The notes: generated by a model not told the origin, from the letters alone. DNA of 64,000 bases from Candidatus Latescibacterota bacterium (GCA_963662665.2 CAXXJS010000028.1:1-64000), one strand, 5' to 3'; shown: positions 1 through 10,695, counted from the first letter of the stretch. Made by a program: numbers and translations.

Positions 1-70
1 TCAGCATTCCGATCAGCGCCAGGACGCCGAAGATACGGGACCACAGGAACAGTCGTCCTCCCCATATCAC
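1..70 (-). CDS. Probable N-terminus of heme exporter/cytochrome c biogenesis protein CcmC (runs off the left edge)
   Basis: GTG at 70 overlaps the ccmB stop (GTGA). It reads MIWGGRLFLWSRIFGVLALIGML, a hydrophobic helix, in the expected position after ccmA-ccmB. Confidence 0.55.
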   Translation of the reverse strand, partial: MIWGGRLFLWSRIFGVLALIGML

Positions 71-765
71 TCCTCGATCACATAGTCGAACAGAAGCATG
101 CAGGCCGCTGTGAACAGCAACGCGAATGCACCACCGATGTTGATCCAGGCGGATACATCGGAGAGAGAGTCACCCGCCAGCACCGCACGGAAAGATTCGA
201 CGGCCGCCAGGAGGGCCGGCACCAGGACCGGAAGGGTAAGCAATGGCAACAGGGCCTCCTGAAGCCGGGTCTTGAGCGACATTGCCGCGAAGAGGGTGCC
301 GACGGCCGCGAATCCGATGGTGCCCAGCAAGAGCCCCGGTAACAGACGGGGAAGGTGTTGCCAGATGGCAATATTCAGAAAGACAACCATAAGCGGAAGC
401 AGCAGCGCTTCCAGCAACAGCATGGCAAAGAGGTTCGCCAGCATTTTGCCCAGGTAGATGGCGCCTCTGTCGGCGGGAGAAAGCAGGAGGCCCGTGAGGC
501 AATCGTTGTCGCGTTCCGTAATGAAAGAGCGCGTCAGACTCATGAAACCGGAGAACGTAACGGCGATCCAGAAGATGCCGGGCGCCGCGCTTCTGATGTT
601 TTCCGAATTGGGCGTGAATGCAAAATTAAACACGATGAGCACCAGGAACGCAAAAAAGCACATGGCGCTGAGGCGTTCCCTGGTGCGTACTTCGGTCTTG
701 ATATCTTTCCAGAAAACAGCGGAAACCTGATTGGCGAAGAGGACCAAGGGCGCTCCCGTTCCCAC
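67..765 (-). CDS. ccmB: Heme exporter permease CcmB
   Basis: Multi-TM protein with KDIKTEVRTRE, ERDNDCLTGLLLSP and LLPLLTLPVLVP motifs; adjacent to ccmA. Confidence 0.92.
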   Translation of the reverse strand: MGTGAPLVLFANQVSAVFWKDIKTEVRTRERLSAMCFFAFLVLIVFNFAFTPNSENIRSAAPGIFWIAVTFSGFMSLTRSFITERDNDCLTGLLLSPADRGAIYLGKMLANLFAMLLLEALLLPLMVVFLNIAIWQHLPRLLPGLLLGTIGFAAVGTLFAAMSLKTRLQEALLPLLTLPVLVPALLAAVESFRAVLAGDSLSDVSAWINIGGAFALLFTAACMLLFDYVIEE

Positions 766-807
766 GTTACGCCGGACGTTGAATTCCGGCGTACACTTGT
801 CCCGCCG

Positions 808-1539
808 TCATCCTGACTTCCGCATTGCGGGACCTATGGCACTTTCATAGTTACGTTCCAGCGCCTTGAGTGACAATCCCCCGGTGTCTCCCTTCGCCAC
901 AAACCGCCCCATGTTCAGGATCGCGAACCGATCCGTCAGGGTCAGACCCCGTTGCAGATCGTGAGTCACCAGGACAATGGTACGACCTTCCAGGCGAAGC
1001 TGGTTCAACCGAGTGTTCAACATGCCGCATGCGGCGGCGTCCAGGCCCGTGAACGGCTCGTCCAGAAGAAGAATCGCCGGATGGTGGAGCGTGGCCCGCG
1101 CAATGGCCAGGCGTTGTTTCATCCCCCTGGAAAACCCACGGACACGATCGTGTTCTCTGGAGGATAGGCCAACGCCCTCCAACGCCGTTCGCACGCGTTC
1201 TTTCAGGTTGCGCAGTCCGTACAGGCGGCCATAGAAACGCAGGTTTTCACACGCGGTCAGATCTTCGTAGAGAAGCGTCTGGTGGGAGATCAGACCGATG
1301 TCCGCCCGCACGCGTTCCGGTTCGGCCCGGGCGTCTACGCCCCGGATGAAAATCCGCCCGCGCGTTGGTTTGGACAGCGTTGCAATAAGCCGCAGAAGGG
1401 TGGACTTGCCAGCCCCGTTCGGGCCGAGAAGCGCAAGAGCGCCACCCGGAACGACCAGGTCGATACCCTCCAGGGCGGCCAGGCGGCCGAACCGCTTTTC
1501 CACGTTCTCGAGAACAATGGCCGGAGCGGGCGAATCCAC
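808..1539 (-). CDS. ccmA: Heme ABC exporter ATP-binding protein CcmA
   Basis: Walker A GPNGAGKST, signature FSRGMKQR, Walker B LLLDEPF; ccm operon context. Start uncertain: the ORF extends to 1617. Confidence 0.9.
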   Translation of the reverse strand: MDSPAPAIVLENVEKRFGRLAALEGIDLVVPGGALALLGPNGAGKSTLLRLIATLSKPTRGRIFIRGVDARAEPERVRADIGLISHQTLLYEDLTACENLRFYGRLYGLRNLKERVRTALEGVGLSSREHDRVRGFSRGMKQRLAIARATLHHPAILLLDEPFTGLDAAACGMLNTRLNQLRLEGRTIVLVTHDLQRGLTLTDRFAILNMGRFVAKGDTGGLSLKALERNYESAIGPAMRKSG

Positions 1540-1737
1540 AACGGTTAACCCCAATTCGAAAAAAAGCAACTCGGCGACGCGACGAAAACCCCTGAAACGG
1601 AGCGTAACGGTCGTCAAAAAGGACGTTTTTTCAGTTCACGTCCAGTGTCCTGGTGTATCCTGGTAATCCGAAGTCAATTCGCCTTTATCTACGTGCATAT
1701 ATTCGGTTTTACTTCCCCGAGGAATTTTGCATCAAGG

Positions 1738-2832
1738 TTAAGCCTCCCCATCCAGAACGCGGGTTATTTCAACGAGTTCCGCTTTAAAGGCATTTCGCCG
1801 GGCCTGGTAATCTGCTTCTGAAAGGCCGCCCTTCTCATATCGGTCGTCCATGTCCGCAATCTGGTGGACCAGGGCGTTTCTTCGCGTCCGGAGGTCGAGC
1901 CGGCCTTTGGCTGCTGTTGGCGTGGGGGATCCGGTTTTTCCGGCCGGACGAACGAAGACGGCCAGCAGAGCGAAGCCGATTGCCAGGCCAATCAGCACCC
2001 ATATGGGGTCGACGTCGCCGAACAACGCCGAGAGGGACCAGGGCGGCGCGTTGAATTCCAGTTCGATCCGGTCTCCCCGGTTCAGGGCGCCTCCGGAAAA
2101 CCTGCGGAAGCTGTGCTGCTCGAACGTGACTTCGCCCAGGTCCTGAAGCGCGCCTGCGGCGATGTTCGTTTCCGGAGGATGGACAAAGACGTCAACCGTT
2201 CCCGTGGGATAGCTTACGGCTTGCGACAGACGCCCCGAGGCGGGCATGTCGAAGGCGAACAGGAGTTGGCTGCGGCCCGGGCGGACCGGATCCGGATTCA
2301 CCAGGATGTCGCCGTGGGTATGAAGTCCCTGCGGCCCGCCTGTGACTTCCGTCACGCCGTCGGGAAGGAAAACCTCCAGCCCATGGCCGTGGCCCTCGCC
2401 GGTCTTGAACGTGCGGTTGCCATCATTCTGTACGATCAGGATTTGTTCGACCCGCTTTTCTGCAGCGTCGACGATAATGTGGTGCGAGGCAACGGTGACG
2501 GCCGTATCGGATCCGGTCGTTTCATAGACGGCGATCTTGTTGGGGCCGTCCACGGCGCGCTGGACGTAATTGACGCCGGCATAGGACGCGGAAAGAAACC
2601 GTAGCGCCTCACCGTCCTCCCGGTCCTGAAACGAGAATCGCCCGCGCGCATCGGTGGTATCCTGCAGGATAACTTCGGGTTCGGCGCCCTGGCGGATCAG
2701 CAGAACCACGCAGTCCGGCTGGGGTTGAGAGCGCGTCTCATTGGTGACGCTGCCAACGACTGAGACGGCGGCGCGGGATTCGTCCGAAAGAACGGCCAGC
2801 AGGATGGCGAGGAAGCAGAGGCGTGCGCTCAT
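1738..2832 (-). CDS. Exported membrane-anchored protein with a carboxypeptidase-regulatory-like N-terminal domain and CcmI-like C-terminal tail
   Basis: Signal peptide, VVGSVTNET...TTDARGRFSF, C-terminal TM followed by IADMDDRYEKGGLSEADYQARR. ATG overlaps the upstream stop. Confidence 0.7.
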   Translation of the reverse strand: MSARLCFLAILLAVLSDESRAAVSVVGSVTNETRSQPQPDCVVLLIRQGAEPEVILQDTTDARGRFSFQDREDGEALRFLSASYAGVNYVQRAVDGPNKIAVYETTGSDTAVTVASHHIIVDAAEKRVEQILIVQNDGNRTFKTGEGHGHGLEVFLPDGVTEVTGGPQGLHTHGDILVNPDPVRPGRSQLLFAFDMPASGRLSQAVSYPTGTVDVFVHPPETNIAAGALQDLGEVTFEQHSFRRFSGGALNRGDRIELEFNAPPWSLSALFGDVDPIWVLIGLAIGFALLAVFVRPAGKTGSPTPTAAKGRLDLRTRRNALVHQIADMDDRYEKGGLSEADYQARRNAFKAELVEITRVLDGEA

Positions 2833-3257
2833 GGCGTCGGCTCTTCGAGGGTTTTGCCGCATCGAGGACAAAAGCGTGCGCCGTCGGGCGTCGAACTGCC
2901 GCAGGCGTCACAAGTGTCAGGGTCTCCTGCTCTGAGGGCGGCGATTTCACGTTCGATGCGTTCCTCGATTCCCGGCGTTGGGCCGGCGGTTTCTTCGATG
3001 GCCCTCATCAGTTCCACGGCGCGATTCTCGTAACGCGTGCGGGTCTCGCGGTAATCGTCTTCTTCAACCTTGCCCATTCGGTAGTCGAAGTCCAGTTCGC
3101 GGATGGCGTCATAAAGGGCTTCCCGGTCTTCATGGAGCCGGTTTCCGCGAGCGGATCCCGCATCCGCCGGTCCGATCCAACCTTGCGTTGTAATGAACGG
3201 GCGGAACACAAAGATGAAGACCGCCGTGGCAATGACAATGCAGACGGCGGCGCTCAC
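2829..3257 (-). CDS. CcmI-like membrane protein with a C-terminal zinc ribbon
   Basis: N-terminal TM, IRELDFDYRMGKVEEDDY motif, CDACG...FCPRCG. Confidence 0.8.
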   Translation of the reverse strand: MSAAVCIVIATAVFIFVFRPFITTQGWIGPADAGSARGNRLHEDREALYDAIRELDFDYRMGKVEEDDYRETRTRYENRAVELMRAIEETAGPTPGIEERIEREIAALRAGDPDTCDACGSSTPDGARFCPRCGKTLEEPTP

Positions 3258-3748
3258 AGATCCCGCTCCCTGAGTTCCTGTTCCAGCCTCATTCTGTAAG
3301 GGTCGTCCGATCCGGAATCAGGGACCTGGCGCGCGGCGGAAACGACGCGTTGCCGCGACCAGTTGCGCACCACCGAACGCACCACAAAAGCGCCGAGCAG
3401 CAGGACCACAATGGGCATGATCCAGGCGGTAAGGTTGAAACCCCTGGCAGGAGGCGTCACGTAAGCTTCCTGGCCGAATTCCGCAACAAAACCGGCAATG
3501 ATGGTTTCCTTATCCCTTCCTGCTTCCAGTGCTTCGGCAATGCCTGCCCTTCTCTTGTCCGCCCAGCCGCAAGCGCACTCATCGAGTGGCCGGCGGGGGC
3601 AGGTGCCGCACAGACAGGCGAGGCCCTTCGCCACTTCTCTTACACGTTCAGGCGTAACTTCCGCAAAGACGGAGCACGCAAGTAATAGTAACACGAATGC
3701 CGGGACGATTATCCTTGCCGGGAATACAGAGAGCAGAGGGAAGAACAC
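3254..3748 (-). CDS. ccmH: Cytochrome c-type biogenesis protein CcmH/CcmL family
   Basis: LACLCGTC...ECACG cysteine cluster, FVAEFG...PPARGFNLTAWIMP plus a TM helix. Confidence 0.82.
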   Translation of the reverse strand: MFFPLLSVFPARIIVPAFVLLLLACSVFAEVTPERVREVAKGLACLCGTCPRRPLDECACGWADKRRAGIAEALEAGRDKETIIAGFVAEFGQEAYVTPPARGFNLTAWIMPIVVLLLGAFVVRSVVRNWSRQRVVSAARQVPDSGSDDPYRMRLEQELRERDL

Positions 3749-3810
3749 GCCGCTTTTCTTCCGCTTTTCACTCGCCGATGTCTGTCTTTTGATATTCAGA
3801 CCCTATCCTT

Positions 3811-5793
3811 TCAGGAGGCGGCGGGGAGCCCAACGGTACGTCCGCGTCTGAGGCGGTCCCGTCTGTCCGGCAGGATGGCGATCACCGTCCCCAGCGTAAG
3901 AACCCACGCGCCTATCCACACCCACATCACGAGGGGATTGACGTAGATCCTGAACAGGGCGCCGCCGTCAGAGTCCGGGCCCTCATACAAGACATAGAGG
4001 TCTTCTCGCAAGCTGGATCGGACGGCGACTTCGGTCGTTCGCTGCTGGTCCTTCCGTTTGTAGTAGACGTGCTGCTCGGGCCACATCGTACCCAGGCGTT
4101 CTTCTCCCTGATACACGCCCAGCTGGGTCTGAATCACGATGGTGAGCGGGTTCCGGGTCTGGGAAGAGCCTTCGTAGACGAGCCGGTATTTTCCGAGAGT
4201 CGCGGACTCACCATGCTTCAGTCCCGCCTCGATTTCCCGGTTGAAGGCATTGCCCGTGAATCCCAGAAAGAGGAGTACGACGCCGAAGTGGACGATATAT
4301 CCGCCGTAACGCCGCCGATTTCGAACGGTGAGCGACCAGAGCGCTTTGAAATAGGGCTCCTTTGAACTGCTGCCACGTGCCTTCGCGCCTCTGTGAAACT
4401 CCGTGGCGATGGCTCCGGTCACGAAGCCGCAGAGGGTAAAGGAGATCAACGCGTACGGTTCGCGCGCGCCAAGGGCGAATGCCGCGGCGCCGCAGATGAG
4501 ACCGAAGACGCCCGGTCCGGAGAAGTGTTTTTTCAGGCTTCGAGCCGAGGTCTTCCGCCAGGCCAGCAGCGGTCCAACGCCCGTCAACAGGAGAAGCAGC
4601 AGACCGATGGGCGTCATGACCGTGCTGAAAAAGGGAGGGCCAACGGTGACTTTGGAGCCGGTGACGGCTTCGGAGAGCACCGGGAACATCACGCCCCAGA
4701 ACACCGCAAAAGCGGCCGTCAGGAAAAGCAGATTGTTGAGCAGAAAGCCCCCTTCACGGGAAACCGGCGACTCGTACTCGTTCCTGCTCTTCAGCAATGG
4801 CCTTCTCCTCCACAGGATGCCGGCTGAAAAGACCACGATAACAGCCAGGAAATAGAGGAACACGTTTCCGATCGGCGACTGCGCAAACGCATGCACGGAC
4901 GAAACCAGGCCGCTGCGGGTCAGGAAGGTGCCATAGATACACAATGTAAACGTGAGGATGATGAGCGCCATGTTCCAGACTTTGAGCATCCCTTTCTTTT
5001 CCTGGATCATAACAGAGTGCAGAAAGGCGGTGCCCGTGAGCCAGGGAAGCAGGGCGGCGTTTTCAACCGGGTCCCAGCCCCAGTACCCGCCCCATCCGAG
5101 AACCACGTATGCCCAGTTGCCGCCCAGAAGCTGTCCGGTCCCCAGGAAAAACCAGGGCCAGATGGTCCAGCGCCGGGTGGTGCGGATCCACTCTTCGTCC
5201 ACCTGCCGGCTCAACAGGGCAGCCATCGCAAACGCGTACGGTACGATGAACCCCACGTAACCCATATATAGCATTGGGGGATGGATGGCCATCGCGGGAT
5301 GGACGAGAAGTGGATTCATGCCCTGGCCGTCGGCAGCAGTGAAGCCGAGTTCGCGGAAGGGATTCTCGTAGTATCCGATAAGGACGAGGAAAAAGACCTG
5401 CGTGAGCGACATGACTACCGTCGCATAGGAGGCGAGCGGCCCCCTGAACCCTCGGGTATTGCGCGTGGCGAAGAAATTGAAACCGGCGAGGATGACGGCC
5501 CACAGCAGGAGAGAGCCTTCCATGCCGGACCAGACGGCGGTGAACTTGTAGGGCACCGGCAGGTCGCGGCTGGAATGGCCTGCCACGTAGTGGAGGTCGA
5601 ATCGGTCGGTGAGGAAAGCGTACTCCAGCAGGCCGAAAGCCCCCAGAACCATAAAGAAAGTGGCGGTAGCCGCGCGTTCGGTGCTGAGTGCGAGATTCAG
5701 CCTGCCGGTCCTGCCGGCCAGAACGCCGGACACCGCCGCGTAGAGGGAGGTGACAACCGTGAACCAGATTAGAAAATTGCCGACTTCAGCCAT
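3811..5793 (-). CDS. ccmF: Heme lyase CcmF
   Basis: WWD motif WGGYWGWDPVEN, IHPP, TRSG..SSVHAF. Confidence 0.96.
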   Translation of the reverse strand: MAEVGNFLIWFTVVTSLYAAVSGVLAGRTGRLNLALSTERAATATFFMVLGAFGLLEYAFLTDRFDLHYVAGHSSRDLPVPYKFTAVWSGMEGSLLLWAVILAGFNFFATRNTRGFRGPLASYATVVMSLTQVFFLVLIGYYENPFRELGFTAADGQGMNPLLVHPAMAIHPPMLYMGYVGFIVPYAFAMAALLSRQVDEEWIRTTRRWTIWPWFFLGTGQLLGGNWAYVVLGWGGYWGWDPVENAALLPWLTGTAFLHSVMIQEKKGMLKVWNMALIILTFTLCIYGTFLTRSGLVSSVHAFAQSPIGNVFLYFLAVIVVFSAGILWRRRPLLKSRNEYESPVSREGGFLLNNLLFLTAAFAVFWGVMFPVLSEAVTGSKVTVGPPFFSTVMTPIGLLLLLLTGVGPLLAWRKTSARSLKKHFSGPGVFGLICGAAAFALGAREPYALISFTLCGFVTGAIATEFHRGAKARGSSSKEPYFKALWSLTVRNRRRYGGYIVHFGVVLLFLGFTGNAFNREIEAGLKHGESATLGKYRLVYEGSSQTRNPLTIVIQTQLGVYQGEERLGTMWPEQHVYYKRKDQQRTTEVAVRSSLREDLYVLYEGPDSDGGALFRIYVNPLVMWVWIGAWVLTLGTVIAILPDRRDRLRRGRTVGLPAAS

Positions 5794-5840
5794 CGTTGGC
5801 GCCACGGGTCATGGGATGACCCGGCTTTCCTTGTGGGAAT

Positions 5841-6278
5841 TTACCTGCTGTAGGCTTTCTTGATGTCTTCGTAAGACTGCCCCTCGTATTTGGATGGGCA
5901 CTTGGCTAACAGGGTTTCCGCGCGAAAGAGGCCGTTCGAGCCCACTTCGCCCTCCAGGACCACGTCGGCTTCGTCTCTGAAGGTGTCCGGAACAATGCCC
6001 GCGTATACCACCGAACGTCTCGCGGAAAAGACCTCTCCCTCCAGGGGTTCCCAGATCTGAAACCGGACTATACGGTCCGGGCTTTTCCGGATGGTACCCG
6101 GCGTGACCTTGCCCGCGAGCTTGATGCGTTTGTCCAGGAATTCAGTCTCACGGGCGTCGAGCTCGGATACGGTGAGGTAATACATCGACATCTTCTGGGA
6201 ACTGGTTACAACCAGGAGAACCAGGGATGCCACGATTACGGCGAATCCGGCGATGAACTTGACCTTTCGGACCTTCAT
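5841..6278 (-). CDS. ccmE: Heme chaperone CcmE (CxxxY variant)
   Basis: N-terminal TM, YYLTVSE, PDTFRDEADVVLEG, LAKCPSKY. Confidence 0.92.
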   Translation of the reverse strand: MKVRKVKFIAGFAVIVASLVLLVVTSSQKMSMYYLTVSELDARETEFLDKRIKLAGKVTPGTIRKSPDRIVRFQIWEPLEGEVFSARRSVVYAGIVPDTFRDEADVVLEGEVGSNGLFRAETLLAKCPSKYEGQSYEDIKKAYSR

Positions 6279-6671
6279 AGTTGGCGTTCCAGGAAAGTAT
6301 CCAGCTTCAGGAAACATCCGGAGACGACGCCGGCATCAGCGTCCGGCCCCGTGTATCAATCCGCTTCGGGGGGATGGGACCGGCAGCGCCGGCAAGGCCT
6401 GACTGCCAGAGAAATATATAAAAGAACGACACAATATCCACAAAAAAAGGAGTTTACGCGGGTCACGGGCGATCAGGACCCTGGTCCGGAACGAGTCCGC
6501 GCCACCTGATGGCGACCCCTTGATGTCAATCCCAAAACCACATCAATCACATTCTCTACATTCGGCTCTATCACAGTTGCTCCTGATAATCATAGTTATT
6601 ACCGGTAGCAGTAAATAGTTGACATCTATTGCGCCTGCTACGGTGGAGAGGAACTTGCCCAAACGGGGACG

Positions 6672-6737
6672 CTGAGCTTGTCGAAGCGCCCGCGTTTCGG
6701 CACGTTTTTTCCTTCGCCGACCCTTCGACAAGCTCAG
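6672..6737. repeat. REP-like inverted repeat (CTGAGCTTGTCGAAG ... CTTCGACAAGCTCAG)
   Basis: Perfect 15-bp inverted arms at 6672-6686 and 6723-6737. Related copies near 7760-7855, 14790-14830, 24488, 25485, 35991, 43466 and 43517. Confidence 0.8.
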
Positions 6738-6927
6738 GGAGCGGCTCAGGGTGCCGGGTCAACGTTGTGGACAAAAGGTAAACTATCGGGTGCTCCGCGT
6801 GTTAGTCAGATTGTCAATCATAGTCAAAATGACTTGACAGGTTACATTCCGGCGCCATATTCATTACCGCCCCGCAGGGCATTCCCGGGAGTTTTTCATT
6901 CCGTTCCATTGCATGAGGGAGGACGAC

Positions 6928-7746
6928 ATGGCTGTTCTGGACGCCGAGGCGTTGAATTTCTGGGAGGAGAACGGTTACGTTGTGGTGCCCGAGGCTGTCC
7001 CGCCGGAAAACTGCCGGAAAGCCGAGAGGGCCGTGTGGAGGTTTCTGGGCATGGACCCCGGAGATGCGGATACGTGGTACCCGGATCCGCCGAGGCCGGG
7101 AATCATGGTCGAAATGTACCAGCATCAGGCGCTGTGGGACAACCGGCAGCACCCCAGGGTACACCGCGCGTTTGCGGAAATCTGGGGGACCGGAAAACTC
7201 TGGGTGAGTTTCGACCGGACCAGTCTGAATCCGCCGGAACGACCGGGATTTGCATTCAAGGGACCCTACCTGCACTGGGATATCTCGATCGATGATCCCT
7301 CTCGATTCATGGTGCAGGGCGTGCTGTATCTGTCCGATACAGCGGCGAACCAGGGCGCGTTCACGTGCATACCCGGCTTTCATCGGCGCATTGCGGACTG
7401 GCTCGAGACGGTATCGGAGGAGGATGACCCCAGGCGCCGGATGCAGTCGGAATTCGGACATCAGGCAAAACCTATCGCCGGCAGGGAGGGCGATCTCGTC
7501 ATATGGAACAGTCTGTTGCCCCATGGAAGCAGTCCGAATTCGGCCGATCGGCCGCGCATTGCGCAATATATCACAATGACTCCGGCGAAGGAAGACGACC
7601 AGGCGCATCGGGAAAGCCGCATCGAGGGTTGGCGGGATCGCCTGACTGGCCTGGGAAAGAACCGGAAGGAAAAGGAGCACTTCGAAGGCGAAACGGCGAG
7701 GCTGACGGCGCTCGGGCGAACGCTCCTGGGCCTGGATCGCTGGTAG
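6928..7746 (+). CDS. Phytanoyl-CoA dioxygenase (PhyH) family Fe(II)/2OG oxygenase
   Basis: FWEENGYVVV, HWD metal motif, GDLVIWNSLLPHGS..N...PR; GGAGG SD before ATG 6928. Confidence 0.88.
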   Translation: MAVLDAEALNFWEENGYVVVPEAVPPENCRKAERAVWRFLGMDPGDADTWYPDPPRPGIMVEMYQHQALWDNRQHPRVHRAFAEIWGTGKLWVSFDRTSLNPPERPGFAFKGPYLHWDISIDDPSRFMVQGVLYLSDTAANQGAFTCIPGFHRRIADWLETVSEEDDPRRRMQSEFGHQAKPIAGREGDLVIWNSLLPHGSSPNSADRPRIAQYITMTPAKEDDQAHRESRIEGWRDRLTGLGKNRKEKEHFEGETARLTALGRTLLGLDRW

Positions 7747-7898
7747 CCCTTAGCCGCGCCTGAGCCTGCGGTCCGTGAGTCCGGCGAAGGGTCGAAGGGT
7801 TGGCGAAGGCCTGCCGTTCGGCACAATACGGCGCACCCTGCGCCTGTCGAAGGGCAGCGATACGCGGGCCGAATCGCAGCACGTCTCCGGGACGACCA

Positions 7899-8108
7899 AT
7901 GGTTATACACCACAAGAACCGCGAGTTTATCCTCAATGCCAGACATGACGGCGACTTCTGGCTTGTCGAGGTCTTCGAGATTGCGGCAGGAAAGCAGCGC
8001 CTGCGGTTTGAGTATAAGTTGAATACACCGCGGGACGGCGCAGCGGCGCGACAGAGGGCGTGGGAGCTTTTTTCGACGCGAAACCTCGGGGATCGGTCAC
8101 CAAGATAG
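7899..8108 (+). CDS. Small hypothetical protein (69 aa)
   Basis: MVIHHKNREFILNARHDGDFWLVEVFE... has a globular beta/alpha-like composition. No family recognised. Confidence 0.55.
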   Translation: MVIHHKNREFILNARHDGDFWLVEVFEIAAGKQRLRFEYKLNTPRDGAAARQRAWELFSTRNLGDRSPR

Positions 8109-8314
8109 ACTCACTCGCTCCCGGGACCTCTCCCCCCGGCCCCCTCAGAAACGGAGAGCGGGTAGACGCAAGACGTCATCTACCGTCTCACCTCTACCCT
8201 CTCTCCGCTTTCAGGCTTTTCATCTACCGTCTCACGGCGTCCGCCTCCACGCCTCTCAAAAGAGGGCAAGGGAATAGGAGACGATTTGCGGGTTGTGGAG
8301 CGTGTATCCGAGAT

Positions 8315-8352
8315 AAAAAAAGCGGAGGCGATCCCGATGGAATCGCCTCCGC
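8315..8352 (-). terminator. Rho-independent terminator of dnaK
   Basis: GCGGAGGCGAT/ATCGCCTCCGC stem plus a T7 tract on the minus strand, 20 nt after the dnaK stop. Confidence 0.85.
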
Positions 8353-8372
8353 CGTTCATTTGATATTCCGGA

Positions 8373-10292
8373 TTATTTCTGTTTGTCATCATCCACGACT
8401 TCGTACTCCGCGTCCACCACGCCGTCGTCTGTCTTCTGCTCGCCCGCGGCTTGCCCCGGGTCGCCCGGAGCTCCGGCCTCGGGTCCCGCCTGCGAGGCCT
8501 GCGCGTAGAGCTCGCTGGCCACCTGGTGCCACTCCTGGGTGAGCGCTTCCGTGGCGGATTTGATCTCGTCCACGTTGTCGCCCTTGAGCGTTTCCTTCAC
8601 CCGATCCACCGCGGCCTGCACCTTGGCCCTGGCGTCCGCGCTGATTTTGTCGTCCATTTCGCCGAGTTGCTTTTCGGTCTGGTAGACCTGCTGATCAGCC
8701 TGATTGCGGACTTCGATGCCATCGCGGCGCTTCTTGTCGTCGGCGGCGTTTTCCTCGGCGTCGCTGACCATCCGGTCGATTTCCGCGTCTGAAAGGCCCG
8801 AGGACGCCTCGATGCGAATGCTCTGTTCCTTGTTCGTGCCCATGTCTTTGGCAGAAACGTTCATTATCCCGTTGGCGTCGATGTCGAAGCTGACTTCGAT
8901 CTGCGGGGTGCCGCGGGGTGCGGGTGGAATGCCGTCCAGGTGGAACCGGCCGATGGTACGGTTGTCCACCGACATTTCCCGTTCGCCCTGAAGCACGTGC
9001 ACCTCCACCGAAGGCTGGCTGTCGGCCGCGGTTGTGAATACCTGCGATTTCTTCGTGGGAATGGTGGTGTTACGGTCGATGAGCTTTGTCATCACGCTGC
9101 CAAGGGTTTCTATACCCAGAGACAGGGGCGTCACATCCAGCAGCACCACGTCTTTGACCTCGCCCGAAAGCACACCTGCCTGGATCGCCGCGCCCACCGC
9201 CACCACTTCGTCCGGGTTTACCCCCCGGTTCGGCTCTCTTCCGAAGAGTTCCTTGACCGCCTCCTGAACTTTGGGAATGCGGGTGCTGCCCCCGACCAGA
9301 ATGACCTCATTGATCTCCGACGGGGAAAGACCCGCGTCTTTGATCGCCTGGATACAGGGCCTCCTGGTCCGTTCGACCAGGTCTTCCACCAGTTGCTCGA
9401 ACCTGGCCCTGGACAGGGTCAGGTTCATATGCTTGGGACCTGACGCATCGGCCGTTACAAAAGGCAGGTTGACATCTGTCTGCATGGAACTCGAGAGTTC
9501 GCACTTGGCTTTTTCGGCTGCTTCCTTCAGGCGCTGCAGGGCCATAGGATCATTGCGCAGGTCGATGCCGTTCTCACGCTGGAATTCCTCCGCGAGCCAG
9601 TCGATGATGCGCTGATCGAAGTCATCGCCGCCCAGGTGGGTATCTCCGTTGGTGGATTTGACTTCGAACACGCCGTCGCCCAATTCCAGAATGGAAATGT
9701 CGAAGGTACCGCCGCCCAGATCGTAGACGGCGATGATTTCGTCCGTCTTTTTATCCAGGCCATAGGCCAATGACGCGGCCGTGGGTTCGTTGACGATGCG
9801 TTTGACTTCGAGGCCGGCAATCTTCCCCGCGTCGGTCGTGGCCTTGCGCTGGGCGTCGTTAAAGTAAGCCGGTACCGTGATTACCGCGTCGGTAACGGTC
9901 TCGCCGAGGTATTCTTCGGCCGTCTGTTTCATTTTCTGGAGGACCATGGCCGAAATCTCGGGAGGCGTGTACGTCTTGTCACCCAACCCTGCGGTAGCGA
10001 GGCCGTTACTGTCTCTTTTGACTTCGTACGGCACTTCTCCAATTTCAGTGGGCACTTCCTCGTAGCGCCTGCCCATGAAGCGTTTGATGGAATAGACGGT
10101 ATTGTGCGGGTTTGTCACCGCCTGTCGTTTCGCCACCTGGCCAACGAGACGTTCGTCTTCTTTGGTGAATGCGATCACCGAAGGCGTGGTACGCCCGCCC
10201 TCGGCATTGGGAATCACGACGGGATCGCCCCCCTCCATAACGGCCACGCAGGAGTTTGTCGTTCCCAGGTCGATTCCGATAACTTTGCCCAT
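8373..10292 (-). CDS. dnaK: Molecular chaperone DnaK
   Basis: [25 protein letters not shown] and DAEYEVVD motifs. Confidence 0.99.
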   Translation of the reverse strand: MGKVIGIDLGTTNSCVAVMEGGDPVVIPNAEGGRTTPSVIAFTKEDERLVGQVAKRQAVTNPHNTVYSIKRFMGRRYEEVPTEIGEVPYEVKRDSNGLATAGLGDKTYTPPEISAMVLQKMKQTAEEYLGETVTDAVITVPAYFNDAQRKATTDAGKIAGLEVKRIVNEPTAASLAYGLDKKTDEIIAVYDLGGGTFDISILELGDGVFEVKSTNGDTHLGGDDFDQRIIDWLAEEFQRENGIDLRNDPMALQRLKEAAEKAKCELSSSMQTDVNLPFVTADASGPKHMNLTLSRARFEQLVEDLVERTRRPCIQAIKDAGLSPSEINEVILVGGSTRIPKVQEAVKELFGREPNRGVNPDEVVAVGAAIQAGVLSGEVKDVVLLDVTPLSLGIETLGSVMTKLIDRNTTIPTKKSQVFTTAADSQPSVEVHVLQGEREMSVDNRTIGRFHLDGIPPAPRGTPQIEVSFDIDANGIMNVSAKDMGTNKEQSIRIEASSGLSDAEIDRMVSDAEENAADDKKRRDGIEVRNQADQQVYQTEKQLGEMDDKISADARAKVQAAVDRVKETLKGDNVDEIKSATEALTQEWHQVASELYAQASQAGPEAGAPGDPGQAAGEQKTDDGVVDAEYEVVDDDKQK

Positions 10293-10328
10293 TGGTTGAA
10301 TTCCTTTCCGATATGAGTCCAGCGTGTC

Positions 10329-10622
10329 TTATGCCGCTTTTTCCTTGTTCTTTGCCTTGGCGCCGCTGCCGCTCTTGTCTTTGGAATCCTTTTTCTTGTC
10401 TTTTGGAGCGTCTTTTTTTGCGGCCTCCTTATACCCGTCGCTCCGGTAGTCGGTAATGTAGAAACCCGATCCCTTGAAGAGGAGCCCCGCCCCCGCGCCG
10501 ATGAGCCGCTTCAGCTTTCGTTCGCCGCATTCAGGACATTTGCGCAACGGGGACGACGTTATGCTCTGAAAGTGCTCGAATTCATGGCTGCACGCTTCAC
10601 AAGCGTAGTCATATGTGGGCAT
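10329..10622 (-). CDS. FmdB family zinc-ribbon protein
   Basis: MPTYDYACEAC...CPECG...FKGSGFYITDY. Confidence 0.93.
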   Translation of the reverse strand: MPTYDYACEACSHEFEHFQSITSSPLRKCPECGERKLKRLIGAGAGLLFKGSGFYITDYRSDGYKEAAKKDAPKDKKKDSKDKSGSGAKAKNKEKAA

Positions 10623-10679
10623 AAACAGCTTCCCTTTCTTTGAGCTGCGGATAGATGAAATTACCGACGGTCTATTTAA

Positions 10680-10695
10680 AGCAACATGAGTACCA
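10680..10695 (-). promoter_or_regulatory. Sigma54 (-24/-12) promoter for fmdB-dnaK
   Basis: Minus strand TGGTACTCATGTTGCT with GG-N10-GC spacing, 58 nt upstream of the ATG. Confidence 0.7.
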
